DNA from: an uncultured delta proteobacterium
GTDB lineage: Bacteria > Myxococcota_A > Polyangia > Polyangiales > B10-G4
Assembly (NCBI GenBank): GCA_963727445.1
Contig: CAVSGI010000015.1
Coordinates: 402,682 to 466,681 of the forward strand
Length of the DNA stretch: 64,000 nt
Direction of reading: 5' to 3'
A program made the position numbers and the translations under genes. Numbering within the stretch: the stretch's first letter is position 1; every line of letters begins with the position of its first letter. The notes beneath the pieces are model-generated. The model had not been told where the DNA came from. It made no database searches and worked only from the letters and a program-made list of their open reading frames with translations. This document shows, piece after piece, positions 30,436 to 43,286 of the stretch.

Positions 30436-32319
30436 TCAACCCGCGACGCTGGCGATCACTTTCTGGATCGCGATGCCGACGCCCATGAGCGATTCGCCGG
30501 CGATCAGCCCTGAAGCGAGGACGATCAGGAAGCGCTCGGCCCAGGTCTCGGCGTACTTGGTCACCAGCAGCGCCACCACCGCACCGAAGAACATGCTCAT
30601 CGAGTTCCACGCCGGGATGACGAAGGCGAGGCCGAGCGCAGCCGGGCTGGGCGTCCATTGGGCGAGACGCTTCGGGAGCAGCTTTTCGAGGACCGCGAGG
30701 AGGATGCCGATGCCGCCCGCGATGGCGAGCGCGCCGAGGGCGCCGGTGGGCATGGCCTCGATGCCGACCATGAACACCTCCGCTACGGCCTTCCAGGCGA
30801 TCACCGCCGGTGCCGGCCACTCCGGCGTTCCGATCATGCTCGCCGGGTCCGGCATGATGAGCAGATATGCCCAGCTACCGACGAGAGCGCCGGAGAGGGC
30901 GCCGAAGATCTGCGCGAAGCTCTGGAGCCGAGGCGAGGCTCCGATCATCAGGCCGGTCTTCATGTCGTGGAGGAGATCGGCGCACTGGCTCGCCGCGCCG
31001 CCCGTGACGTTCGCCGCCATGAGGTTGCCGGTCGGGTCACCGGGAGAGACGACACCGAAGGTCAGCTGGGTGACCTTGCCCATCGCGCCGACGGGCGTGA
31101 CCCCGGTTTCCCCGGAGACGCGCGCGGCCACGACCGCGAGGAGGAAGGTCAGAAGCACGCCGAAGGCGGCGGTCCACCACGAGATGCCGAAGAAGGCGAT
31201 CTGCGTGATCGTCGCCGCCACCAGGACGACGCCGAGCCCGCCGATGAAATACTTGCGGGGAACCTCGTCCGCGTCCTCGACGCTGGTGATGTCGGCCGCT
31301 TCGCCGTCGCCCTCGTCGCCACCGCGCTTGCCGCGGATGGCGTCGACGATGGAGCGCCAAGAGAAGGCGAAGCTCGTCAGCGAGGAGGTGACCATCATCG
31401 CGACGCCGGGCCAGAGGAGCCACTTCACGGTGTTCTTGAACCACGGGCTGTCCGCGGCGATGGCGCCTTCGGGCGTGAAGGTCATGTGGGCCCAACCCAT
31501 CTCGAGGACCCAGGGTCCGACGATCCCCCACGCGACGATGGCGCCGAGCATCATCGAAGCCGCCGCGCGCATCCCGATGATCGCGCCGACCGCCGCGAGG
31601 AGCAGCGACGGATCGAAGGCGAAGGTCATGTTCTTGAGAGAGATGGTCTGCGCGCCCGCGTTGGCGGCGGCGCCCGTGGCCTTGAAGAAGCCGGGGACGC
31701 GTCCGTGCGGGATCGGGATCAAGTCGGCGGCGAGCTTGAGCGCGGCCGCGAAGACGCCGCCGCCCACCAGCATCAGGACCTGCTTCATCGCGTCGCTTCC
31801 GCGCGCGTACATCTTCTTCACAGTCTCGGCGGTGGCGATGCCGCTCGGGAAGGGGAGCGCGTCGACGAGGAGCATCTGACGCCTGAGGCCGATGGCGACC
31901 ACGATGCCGCAGAGGGTGATCACGAATGTCCACACCACCAGAACGCCCCAGGTGAACTGGTAGCCGGTGAGCATGGTGAGGGCGGGGATGGGCGCGACCA
32001 GCCCGGCGGACGAGATCGAGGCCGCGGACGACGCCGCTGTCTGGTTGATGTTGTTCTCGAGGAGCCCCCACTCCTTCGAGTGGATCACCGCGCGCAGCGT
32101 CTGCCAGAAGCCGAAGCCCAACAGCGCCGCGGTGATCGACATGTTGAAGCCCCAGCCGATGAGCAGCCCGCTGTACACGTTGCAGAGCGAGAGCACGCCG
32201 CCGAGGATCATCCCGGTCACCACCGCGCGGATCGTGAGCTGCGCCGCTTCGCGATTGACCGGTGGATACTCGCCGGTGCGAAGCGCGGAGAGGTCCATCT
32301 CCTCTTCGTCCATCCCCAT
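30436..32319 (-). CDS. OPT/YSL-family oligopeptide transporter
   Basis: QLTIRAVVTG, ENNINQTAAS, LPFPSGIATAE, DMKTG, ASGLIAGES; start moved to ATG 32319 because the upstream extension is repeat DNA. Confidence 0.92.
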   Translation of the reverse strand: MGMDEEEMDLSALRTGEYPPVNREAAQLTIRAVVTGMILGGVLSLCNVYSGLLIGWGFNMSITAALLGFGFWQTLRAVIHSKEWGLLENNINQTAASSAASISSAGLVAPIPALTMLTGYQFTWGVLVVWTFVITLCGIVVAIGLRRQMLLVDALPFPSGIATAETVKKMYARGSDAMKQVLMLVGGGVFAAALKLAADLIPIPHGRVPGFFKATGAAANAGAQTISLKNMTFAFDPSLLLAAVGAIIGMRAAASMMLGAIVAWGIVGPWVLEMGWAHMTFTPEGAIAADSPWFKNTVKWLLWPGVAMMVTSSLTSFAFSWRSIVDAIRGKRGGDEGDGEAADITSVEDADEVPRKYFIGGLGVVLVAATITQIAFFGISWWTAAFGVLLTFLLAVVAARVSGETGVTPVGAMGKVTQLTFGVVSPGDPTGNLMAANVTGGAASQCADLLHDMKTGLMIGASPRLQSFAQIFGALSGALVGSWAYLLIMPDPASMIGTPEWPAPAVIAWKAVAEVFMVGIEAMPTGALGALAIAGGIGILLAVLEKLLPKRLAQWTPSPAALGLAFVIPAWNSMSMFFGAVVALLVTKYAETWAERFLIVLASGLIAGESLMGVGIAIQKVIASVAG

Positions 32320-32338
32320 GGCCGCCGTGCCTAGCACC

Positions 32339-32659
32339 GGGGACGCTAGATTGAAATTGACTTCTCGGCGCCGCAGCACACGGGACGCTAATTGACAATT
32401 GACTTCTCAGCGCCGCAGCACGCGCGCGTGGAGGAGAAGTCAATTGTCAATCTAGCGTCCCCTCAGACTTCTCGCTCAGCGCCGCAGCACACGGGGACGC
32501 TAGATTGACAAATTGACTTCTCAGCGCCGCAGCACGCGCGCGTGGAGGAGAAGTCAATTGTCAATCTAGCGTCCCCTCAGATCTCGCTCAGCGCCGCAGC
32601 ACGCGCGCGTGGAGGAGAAGTCAATTGTCAATCTAGCGTCCCCTCAGACGTCCCCTCAG
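32339..32659. repeat. REP/REPIN/BIME-like cluster of a 29-bp unit in both orientations
   Basis: Unit GGGGACGCTAGATTGACAATTGACTTCTC: forward copies at ~32339, 32382, 32493 (each with small indels); exact reverse copies at 32434-32462, 32548-32576, 32615-32643; shared linker GCGCCGCAGCAC. Confidence 0.9.
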
Positions 32660-34036
32660 ATGACGACGGCGTTTCGTCCGCTGCGCTTGGCGGCGAGGAG
32701 GTTGTCGCTGGCGCGCTCGACGAGCGCGGCGACGGCTTCCTCGGTGTCGCGTTCGGCGGCGCCGATGCTGACGGTGACGTTCACTCGTTGGCCTTGGGTG
32801 CCTTCGATCTGGTGGCTCTCCACCGCGGCTCGAATGCGCTCGAGGACGGGCGCTGCCTCGTCGAGGGCGGTGTTGGTGAGGACGACGCAGATCTCCTCGC
32901 CGCCGTATCGCGCCACCCAGTCGCTGCCGCGGATGGTGCTGCGCACCACCTCCGCCAGCTCGCTCAGCACACGGTCGCCGGTGGGCCAGCCGTGCGTCTT
33001 GTTCACGTCGCCGAAGTGGTCGATGTCCAGCAGCGCGACGGTGAGCGGCACCGAGCCGGCCTCGGCCTGCTCCGCCTCGAAGGGGAGCCGCCGGTCGAGA
33101 TAACGGCGCGAATAGAGCTGGGTGAGCGCATCCATGTCCGCCTGCTCCTTCAGCTCGTGAAAGAGGCGCCGGCCACGCCGCGTGATCACCTCGGCGACGC
33201 GCTCCGCGATCACTCGCGTGAAGTCCTCGAAGCCGGCGAGGTCGTCGTCCTTGCCCGCCTGGGCGTTCTTTCGGGCGAGCGCCGTCGCGTGAACGACGCG
33301 ATTCCTCCCGCCCGCCTTCGCGGCGTAGAGCGCCTGGTTCGCGTCGCGCACCAGCTCTGCGCTCGCCATCGGCGTCTCGGTGCTCGCCGCGCCCACCGAG
33401 ACAGTGATGGCGATCCCCGCGAGCGGCTCGGCCTCCACCATCGTCCGCACCCGCTCGGCGATCTCGGTCGCCCGCTCCTCGCCTCCCGACACGAGGATCG
33501 CCATCTCTTCCCCACCCACGCGCGCGATCAGCGGCTCGGTACCGCACTGAGAGAGGAGCCGCTCGCCCAGCGCGCTGAGCACCGAGTCACCCGCCGAGTG
33601 GCCGTGCTGGTCGTTGACCGCTTTGAAGTGGTCGATGTCGATCGCGACGATGGAGACGGGCCGCTCCACGCTCGCCGAAGAAAGAGCGCGCTCGAGCTCG
33701 CGCCCCCACGGGTGCCGCGTCGCGAGACCGGTGAGCATGTCGCGCGGGCCGGCGAGGGTCGAGCAGGCGGTGGGCGACGAGGGCTACCGGCTCGTCGTAG
33801 ACGCAGATGTCGTCCCCGGGGTCGAGGCGCGCGAGCGCGTCGCTCACCAGCTCCGGGTCGACACGCAGGAGCGCCGGGCCATCCAGGCTCTCGCGCTGGG
33901 CGAAGAGCGCGTCGAGATCGTCGAACCCTCTGAGGTCCAACAGCGAGACGTCCGCCTCGGCGCTCGTCACCAGCGTCAGGAGCGGGGAGACGAGGCCGCC
34001 GGGCGGGCCGAAGACGCGGGCTCGGATGCGACGCAC
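32656..34036 (-). CDS. Diguanylate cyclase with two tandem GGDEF domains; frameshift near 33760
   Basis: DIDHFKAVND..RVGGEEM and DIDHFGDVNK..RYGGEEI; N-terminal part in ORF 33587..34132 (probable GTG 34036) joins DMLTGL after a one-base correction. Confidence 0.8.
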
Positions 34037-34046
34037 GACGAAGAGT

Positions 34047-35012
34047 CTATCCCCAGAGGGTGGGGGGATGAAGGAGGCCGTTCGCGAGCTCGGCGCCGCC
34101 TTCACGATCCCGCGCGAGCAGGAGCGGCCCATCCAGATCGAAGATCGTCGCCTCGTTCGTCAGGAGGAAGGCCGGCGCGATCGCCAGCGAGGTGCACACC
34201 ATGCAGCCCACCATCACCGAAAGGCCCATCGACCGCGCCTCGCGCGCCAGCGCCAGAGCCTCGGTGAGGCCGCCGGTCTTGTCGAGCTTCACGTTGATGG
34301 CGTCATATCGCCCGGCGACGCGTGGCAGCTCCGCGCGGGTGTGAATGGCTTCGTCGGCGCAGATCGACAGCCCCGCGATCTTCACGTCGCGGAGCCCCTC
34401 GTCGTCGTCCGCGGGCACCGGCTGCTCGATCATCGTCACGCCGAGCTCCACCAGACGCGGGCCGAGCGCCTCGACGTCCTGGGCCGTCCAGGACTCGTTG
34501 GGATCGGCGACCAGCACCGCGCGCGGCGCCGCCTTCCGCACCGCCAGCACGCGAGCCACGTCGTCCCCGTCGCCCGCCAGCTTGAGCTTCAGATGACGCG
34601 CGCCCAGCGCGGCCGCCGCCTCGCCCATGCGCGCGGGCGTGTCGATGCTGATCGTGCGCAGGGTCGGCACCGCGCGCGGCGGCGCCACACCGGCGAGCTC
34701 CCACACCCGTTTGCCCGCGCGCCGCGCCTCGAGCTCCCAGAGCGCGCAATCGACAGCCGCGCGCGCGGCGCCGGGACCGAGCGCTTCGCCCAGCTCCTCA
34801 CGCGTCGCGGTCGCCGGGTCGAGGCCCTCGATCGCCGCGACCGTGCCCTCCACGGACTCGCCGTAGCGGGCGTAGGGGACGGACTCGCCGCGGCCGACGT
34901 GCTCACCGTCGCGGACCTCGGCGACCACCACCGTCGCCTCGCGCTTCTCACCCCGCGCGATGCGAAAGGCGCCCTCAATCGGCCACACCTCCGGGCGCGC
35001 GCGGAAACGCAT
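34047..35012 (-). CDS. ycjG: L-Ala-D/L-Glu epimerase (enolase superfamily)
   Basis: FRIARG, GESVPYARYGES, KLKL, DPNESW, EQP, ADE, NVKLDKTGG, GCM, DLDGP. Confidence 0.88.
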   Translation of the reverse strand: MRFRARPEVWPIEGAFRIARGEKREATVVVAEVRDGEHVGRGESVPYARYGESVEGTVAAIEGLDPATATREELGEALGPGAARAAVDCALWELEARRAGKRVWELAGVAPPRAVPTLRTISIDTPARMGEAAAALGARHLKLKLAGDGDDVARVLAVRKAAPRAVLVADPNESWTAQDVEALGPRLVELGVTMIEQPVPADDDEGLRDVKIAGLSICADEAIHTRAELPRVAGRYDAINVKLDKTGGLTEALALAREARSMGLSVMVGCMVCTSLAIAPAFLLTNEATIFDLDGPLLLARDREGGAELANGLLHPPTLWG

Positions 35013-35017
35013 CTAGA

Positions 35018-35281
35018 CTAGCCAGCCTTCCGGCGGCGGCTCAGGCAGAGGACGAGCGCCGCCACACACAGGCCCAGGGCGGCTCCCGCAATGGGCACGC
35101 TGGTCTCGCTCAGAGCACCCGTGAGCCGGAGGCCGATGGTCCCGAGGCCGAAGAAGGAGAGCGCGAAACCCCAGAACGCGAGGCTTCGCACGCGCATCTT
35201 TCCGCGACCACCGACCAGGAGCGAGGCGGCGAGGAGCACCCCACCGAAGACCAGCGCCCCGAGGTATGCGTGGACCAGCAC
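35018..35281 (-). CDS. Small membrane protein (about three TM segments)
   Basis: Hydrophobic part of ORF 35018..35524 from probable GTG 35281; ends 5 bp before the epimerase start. Confidence 0.55.
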   Translation of the reverse strand: MLVHAYLGALVFGGVLLAASLLVGGRGKMRVRSLAFWGFALSFFGLGTIGLRLTGALSETSVPIAGAALGLCVAALVLCLSRRRKAG

Positions 35282-35330
35282 CCGCAGACGATAACGCTGG
35301 CGGACGGGCGGCAGACACCCCAAAACACCC

Positions 35331-35837
35331 ATGATGGACGACGATCGCCGCATGATGTCCGTGGTGGAGCGCGCTCTCGCGGAGGCCCGAGGCCTCGTCG
35401 CGGGAAACCCCACCGTCGACGCCGCGCGTGAGAGGCTCGGCGATCGGATCGCCACCGAGCCGGACGTCGGCCAGCCGGTCCGCGTTCGGAGCGGGCTCGG
35501 CGTCGAGCATCTCGGCGTCGTCATCTTCCGCCGGGCGCGCGCGGTGGACGTATGGCTCGGTGCCGGCCGCGTGCGACGGCTCGACGATTGTGCGAAGGCC
35601 GCGCCGGCGAAGCGACGTGAGCTCTCGCATTCGCTCGCGGACGTGGCTGCGAGCGCAGTCGTCTTCGCGTCCCTGTACGAGGGACAGCGCGTTCGTTTTC
35701 CTCGCCCCGACGGGACCCTCGCCTCGGGCCTCTTGGTGGAAAAGTGCCGGTATGGTGCTCTCGTGCTCGACGAGAGCGAGCGCGTGATGGCCGTCGGCTT
35801 TCAACAGCTGACCCCGGCCCCCCAGGAGCGCAGCTGA
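35331..35837 (+). CDS. Hypothetical protein
   Basis: ORF with normal composition filling the gap directly before the hybrid kinase. Confidence 0.6.
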   Translation: MMDDDRRMMSVVERALAEARGLVAGNPTVDAARERLGDRIATEPDVGQPVRVRSGLGVEHLGVVIFRRARAVDVWLGAGRVRRLDDCAKAAPAKRRELSHSLADVAASAVVFASLYEGQRVRFPRPDGTLASGLLVEKCRYGALVLDESERVMAVGFQQLTPAPQERS

Positions 35838-35853
35838 GCTATCATCACGGCCC

Positions 35854-37401
<1,548 letters not shown>

Positions 37402-37441
37402 GGTCGTGGCGGCATACGGCCGCACACAGTAAGGTGAACGG

Positions 37442-38452
37442 ATGCTCGGCCGCTGGCTCGCCCTCTTCGCCCTCTCCTCGAGCCTGCTGGCTTGCGCCAA
37501 CGGCGGTCGACGGCCCGCGACGGACGGCGGCGTCACCACCGACAGCAGCATCACCGTCGACAGCAATGTCCCCGCCGACGGCAGTGTCCCCGATGGGGCC
37601 CCGCGGGACACGGGCACGCCCGACAGTGGGGTGACCGACAGCGGCCGCCCCGACACCATCGTCCCCAGTGACGGCGGGGATTGCTCGGGTGGGCTGACCC
37701 TCTGCGCCGGCGCCTGTGTGAACCTCGACTCCGACGACGTGAACTGCGGCGCTTGCGAACGCGCGTGCGCCACGGGTGAAGCCTGTATGACCGGGGTCTG
37801 CACGAGCGTTTGCCCCATGGGGGCCATCGACTGCAGTGGCACCTGCGTCGATCCACTGACGGACGACATGAACTGCGGCGGCTGCGGAGCTGCTTGCGGC
37901 ACGGGGGAAGCCTGCACCGCAGGCGCGTGCACACCGATCTGCGCGATGGGCGAGACGGCGTGCTCCGGCGTCTGTGTGGACACCAGCGCGGACGACATGA
38001 ACTGCGGCGCGTGCGGCGTCGTCTGCGGCACGGGCACGTCATGCACCTCCGGAACCTGCGTGATGGTGCCGACCACGACCACCGTCACCTTTCCTTCGAG
38101 CAGCGACACTCGTGTGGCTTCGGCGGGGCTCTACTTCTGGCGGATGGGCGACTACGTGGAGGGAACGCGAACCACGACTCTGCCGAGCCTCACCAGCGTC
38201 AGCTTCGCGCTCACCCTCGACTCGAACGGATTGACCTGTGACACCCAGGACGTGTCGCTCTCCATCAACGGCGTCACGGTGGGCTCGTTCTCGATCGCCA
38301 GCGGAACCATGAGCGTGATGCAGTCGTTCACTTTCGCGGCGATCACCGGTCCCTCCTACACGATCCGCCTCGAGACGACGCGTACCGTGGCGAGCGGATG
38401 TGGCTCCGCCGGTTACGCCAACGACGTGACGATCTTCACCCTCGGCGGCTGA
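37442..38452 (+). CDS. Cys-rich repeat lipoprotein (myxobacterial type)
   Basis: Lipobox LLA-C; three CV(D/N)...NCGxC repeats; C-terminal beta-rich domain. Confidence 0.8.
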   Translation: MLGRWLALFALSSSLLACANGGRRPATDGGVTTDSSITVDSNVPADGSVPDGAPRDTGTPDSGVTDSGRPDTIVPSDGGDCSGGLTLCAGACVNLDSDDVNCGACERACATGEACMTGVCTSVCPMGAIDCSGTCVDPLTDDMNCGGCGAACGTGEACTAGACTPICAMGETACSGVCVDTSADDMNCGACGVVCGTGTSCTSGTCVMVPTTTTVTFPSSSDTRVASAGLYFWRMGDYVEGTRTTTLPSLTSVSFALTLDSNGLTCDTQDVSLSINGVTVGSFSIASGTMSVMQSFTFAAITGPSYTIRLETTRTVASGCGSAGYANDVTIFTLGG

Positions 38453-39967
38453 TCAGTCGGCCCACGGGTCGAGGTCCTCCATGTGGCGTGCAGGCGGTTC
38501 CTCGACGGCCATGGCGCGGGTTTGCATCGGCGACGCGCTCGAGCGCCTGCGTGCGTGCTCGCTCAGCTCGAGGTGCACCTCGTCCTGGGGATAGTCGGGG
38601 CCGATCTCGGTGGAGAGCGTCTCGAATCCAGCGAGGCGCGCGGTGACTCGATAGGTCCGATCGGCAGGCGCCGGCACATCGATCGGCGTGTTGCCCACCA
38701 TCGCGCCGTCGATCTCCACCATCGCGCCCGGTGGGTCGGAGAAGACGGTGAGGACGGGTGCTTCCGCCTCCGCAGCGGCCTCCGCCTCCGTCTCTGTCTC
38801 CGCTCCGGTCTCCCCTTCCGCTTCCGACTCCGCGACATCCTCCACCGACGAGCTGGTCGGTGGGCCGGAGGTCGTGTCAACGTCGTCGGTCAGGCCCCCG
38901 GCCCCGGACAGCACTCCGACACCGCCGACGGTGACGAAACCCAACATCACGCCGCCGATCACGAGCGCTCTCTGCCGTCGGCGCATGGCGCGCACCGCGG
39001 GCGGCGCTTCGCTCATCACGGTCGCCGTGGGTCCCTCGTCCAGGATCCGCGTCTCCGGTTCCGCTCTGGCGCGCGCCTTCGGCGTCGCGGCGTTGGTGGC
39101 GGGCAGGGGGACGAAGCCGGTGCGGGGGCGGTTCGGGTTCAGCGGCGCTCCAGTCACGGCGGCCTCGAAGGCCTCGGCGAAGGCCCCCGCGGTCGCGAAG
39201 CGCGCGTCGGCCTCGCGCGCCGTGGCTTTGTGGACCACCGCGCATATCTCGGGCCCGAGCTCTGGCGCCGACAGCTCCAGTGGTGGGAGCCCCGCGATCA
39301 CCTCGCGCACCGCGTCCATTCCCTTGCCGGTGAAGGGCGGCCCCCCGGCGAGCGCTGACCACGCGATGACACCGAGCGAGTACCCATCGGCCCGCGAATC
39401 GACGGAGTTCCCCATCACCTGCTCGGGCGCCATGTAACGCACCGTGCCGACGATCTGACCGGTGATGGTCAAGCGGGTCACGTTCGCTGCTTTGGCGATG
39501 CCGAAGTCGACGAGCTTCACTCCGCTGGGCGTGAGGAAGACGTTGCCGGGCTTGAGGTCGCGGTGAACGACGCCGACCGAGTGCACCGCGTCGAGCGCGG
39601 TCGCGATGCCGCGGACCAGCTCGGCCACCGCGGGCGCCGCGACCGGGGCTTCACGATGCAGGTAGTGGAGCAGGGTCTCGCCTTCGAGGAGCTCCATCAC
39701 CAGGAAGAGCGAGCCATCATCGGTCCGCCCCGCGTCGAAGAACCTCACGACCTGCGGATGCTCGAGCTTGTCGAGGAGCTGGGCCTCGCGCCGAAAGCGG
39801 TCCATCGCGGTCTGTGCGCTGCACCGGTCCTTGCGAATGACCTTGAGCGCGAGCGGGGCGCCGTCGTCGAGGCGCGTCACTCGGTACACGGCGCCCATGC
39901 CCCCGGTGGCGATCTCGCCCTCCACACGGTAGCGCTGACCGACGACCCGTCCCGCCTCGAGCGCCAT
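38453..39967 (-). CDS. Membrane Ser/Thr protein kinase with PEGA-like domain
   Basis: ATGGMGAVY, HRDLKPGN, DFG, YMAPE; TM segment; VFSDPPGAMVEIDG..GNTP PEGA pattern; start MALEAG at 39967. Confidence 0.9.
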   Translation of the reverse strand: MALEAGRVVGQRYRVEGEIATGGMGAVYRVTRLDDGAPLALKVIRKDRCSAQTAMDRFRREAQLLDKLEHPQVVRFFDAGRTDDGSLFLVMELLEGETLLHYLHREAPVAAPAVAELVRGIATALDAVHSVGVVHRDLKPGNVFLTPSGVKLVDFGIAKAANVTRLTITGQIVGTVRYMAPEQVMGNSVDSRADGYSLGVIAWSALAGGPPFTGKGMDAVREVIAGLPPLELSAPELGPEICAVVHKATAREADARFATAGAFAEAFEAAVTGAPLNPNRPRTGFVPLPATNAATPKARARAEPETRILDEGPTATVMSEAPPAVRAMRRRQRALVIGGVMLGFVTVGGVGVLSGAGGLTDDVDTTSGPPTSSSVEDVAESEAEGETGAETETEAEAAAEAEAPVLTVFSDPPGAMVEIDGAMVGNTPIDVPAPADRTYRVTARLAGFETLSTEIGPDYPQDEVHLELSEHARRRSSASPMQTRAMAVEEPPARHMEDLDPWAD

Positions 39968-40033
39968 CGCTCTGAGGCTAATCGAACCACCACGATCTTG
40001 GAACGGAGGATCGTGAGGTGCGACTGTCGCCAA

Positions 40034-41334
<1,301 letters not shown>

Positions 41335-41338
<4 letters not shown>

Positions 41339-42312
41339 GACTCTTCGCGCCGGGCTTCCACTCCCCGCGCCCCGAGAGAGAGTGAGAGTAGGTCGAAACC
41401 GGCCTCGGCGCATGCCGACGCGAATTGGCGCGCCGCGTCCTCGTCGGCGAAGAAAGCCAGCGCCACGTCGCCTCCACCGGCGCCCGACGGTTTCGCCGCG
41501 CCGCCGACCTCGCTCGCGAGGCTCATCACCGACAGGAGCCGCTCCTCGACGATCGGCGCCTCGGCGCGCGCGCCGAGCCCAGCCATGGCGGCGCCGTGCG
41601 CCTCCACGGCTTCGATCCACCCAGCGGCGTCACCCGATTCGGCCGCCGCGATCATCGCCTCGGCCGCTTCCGCGATGGCCGCGATGGCCGCGTCGTGACC
41701 CGAGGCGTCTCGCGCGCGAAGCGCGCCCACGGCGCGCACGAGCTCGCTCGTCCGCGCTTCCTTTCCGGTCCAGACGACGCGCGTGACCAGCCCCGACGGC
41801 AGCGTGGCGTTCGCCGCCTCGAAGCGCTCGCCCCATCGCCGGTAGAGGGTCACGCCGCCGAGGGTCGCGGCGGCGACGTCGGCGCCGCTCCCTTCGGGCG
41901 CGACGCGATGGTGTCCCTGCATGGCGTCGTCGAGGATCTGCAGCCGGGTCTCGTCCGCCGCGACGTCGCGCCCGTGCGCCGCGTGCACCGCGGCTGCCGC
42001 GGCGACCGCGGCCGCTGACGACGATCCGAGCCCGAGCTTTTGCGCGCCGCTCTCGCTTCTCAGGTGTCGTGCGTCGAGGCTCATCACTCCGGGGGTGGGG
42101 CCGAGGCGAGCCTCGGCCACCTCTCGGGCTACCTCGGCTTCGGGCGGAAGTCGCGGCCGATCTCCCGAAGCGTCGCTCGCGGCCGACGAGCCGTCATCAG
42201 CGAGGGTCAGAAGGACGCGCCGATCCACCGCGGCCACCAAAGAGCGATGCCCGTGGAGCACCGCGTACTCCCCGGCCACCATCATCTTCCCGGGCGCGCT
42301 GACGCGGATCAC
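41335..42312 (-). CDS. mvaK2: Phosphomevalonate kinase (GHMP family)
   Basis: APGKMMVAGEYAVL, KLGLGSS, GSGAD, KPSGAGGGD; operon position. Confidence 0.85.
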
Positions 42313-43286
42313 CCCTCGACCTCGAGGTCACCGCCGGCCTTGCAGACGAGAGTGCCTCCGATCTGCTCGCACGCCTTCATCGCGCTCTGCACGCGCTCCA
42401 CGTCGTCGGCGAGACAGAGCGCCTTCACGTGGGGGCCGGCGTCCATCGTGGCGTACACCGCCACGCCTTCGTCGCGCAGATTCCGAATCGACTCGAGCAC
42501 CGACAGCGTGGTCGGGCGGAAATACATGATCGGCGGGTTCGAGGTCATGGCGCAGGCGTGGAAGGCCATGGTGCTCTGCTCCATCGCCGGGCCGAGGACC
42601 GACAGGTCGCGGGCGAGGAGGCCTTCCTTGATCGTCTTCGCGAGGAGCGGCGCTTTTTCGATCCACGCATCGTAGAGCGGCGAGGTCTCGCGGGAGCGCT
42701 CCATGCCCATGGTGGAGCCGACCTTCTTCGCGCCCTTCGCTGTGAGCCCGACGACCAGACGCACGTCCCACGCGTCGGCGCTCATCACTGGCTCGGCGGC
42801 GAGTGAGTCGTCGCCCGGCGTGCCGGCGGCCAGCTCGACGTAGCCGCCCCAGACCGAGCGCGCGGCCGACGCGCTCGAACGGCGCGCGAGGCGGCTCACG
42901 AGCTTCGGGTCGTACTCCATGCCCGCGGCCACCGTCGATGCGGCGGCGAGGGCGGCGAAGCCCGAGGCGCTCGAGGCGAGCCCGGCTGCGGTCGGGAAAT
43001 GATTCACCGACGCCACGTGAGCGAAGAGGCCCTGGCGATCGCTCATCGCCCGGACGCGATCGAGGAGCTCCACGATCCGGGTGCGCTCGCTCATGCTCGC
43101 GGGCCTCTCGTCGAGGGAGACCTGGTCCTCACCGAGCGCGGGATCGAAGTGCACGTCCGTCTCAGTCACCAGGCGGTCGAGGGTCATCGACACGCTGGGC
43201 ACCGCCGGAAGGTTCAGCGCGAGGTCGGCTTTGCCCCAGTACTTCGCGAAGGCGATGTTCGCCCGCGCCACCGCCCGCGCCTTCAC
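42309..43286 (-). CDS. mvaD: Diphosphomevalonate decarboxylase
   Basis: NIAFAKYWGK, AGLASSASG, TMDAGPHV. Confidence 0.95.
   Translation of the reverse strand: MKARAVARANIAFAKYWGKADLALNLPAVPSVSMTLDRLVTETDVHFDPALGEDQVSLDERPASMSERTRIVELLDRVRAMSDRQGLFAHVASVNHFPTAAGLASSASGFAALAAASTVAAGMEYDPKLVSRLARRSSASAARSVWGGYVELAAGTPGDDSLAAEPVMSADAWDVRLVVGLTAKGAKKVGSTMGMERSRETSPLYDAWIEKAPLLAKTIKEGLLARDLSVLGPAMEQSTMAFHACAMTSNPPIMYFRPTTLSVLESIRNLRDEGVAVYATMDAGPHVKALCLADDVERVQSAMKACEQIGGTLVCKAGGDLEVEG

Noticed and set aside
32339..32659. CRISPR array
   Set aside because: Units occur in both orientations, the intervening sequences are near-identical rather than unique spacers, and no cas genes are in the window
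32542..33933. Plus-strand ORFs starting MEEKSIVNLASPQ
   Set aside because: They start inside the repeat units and run antisense to the GGDEF gene
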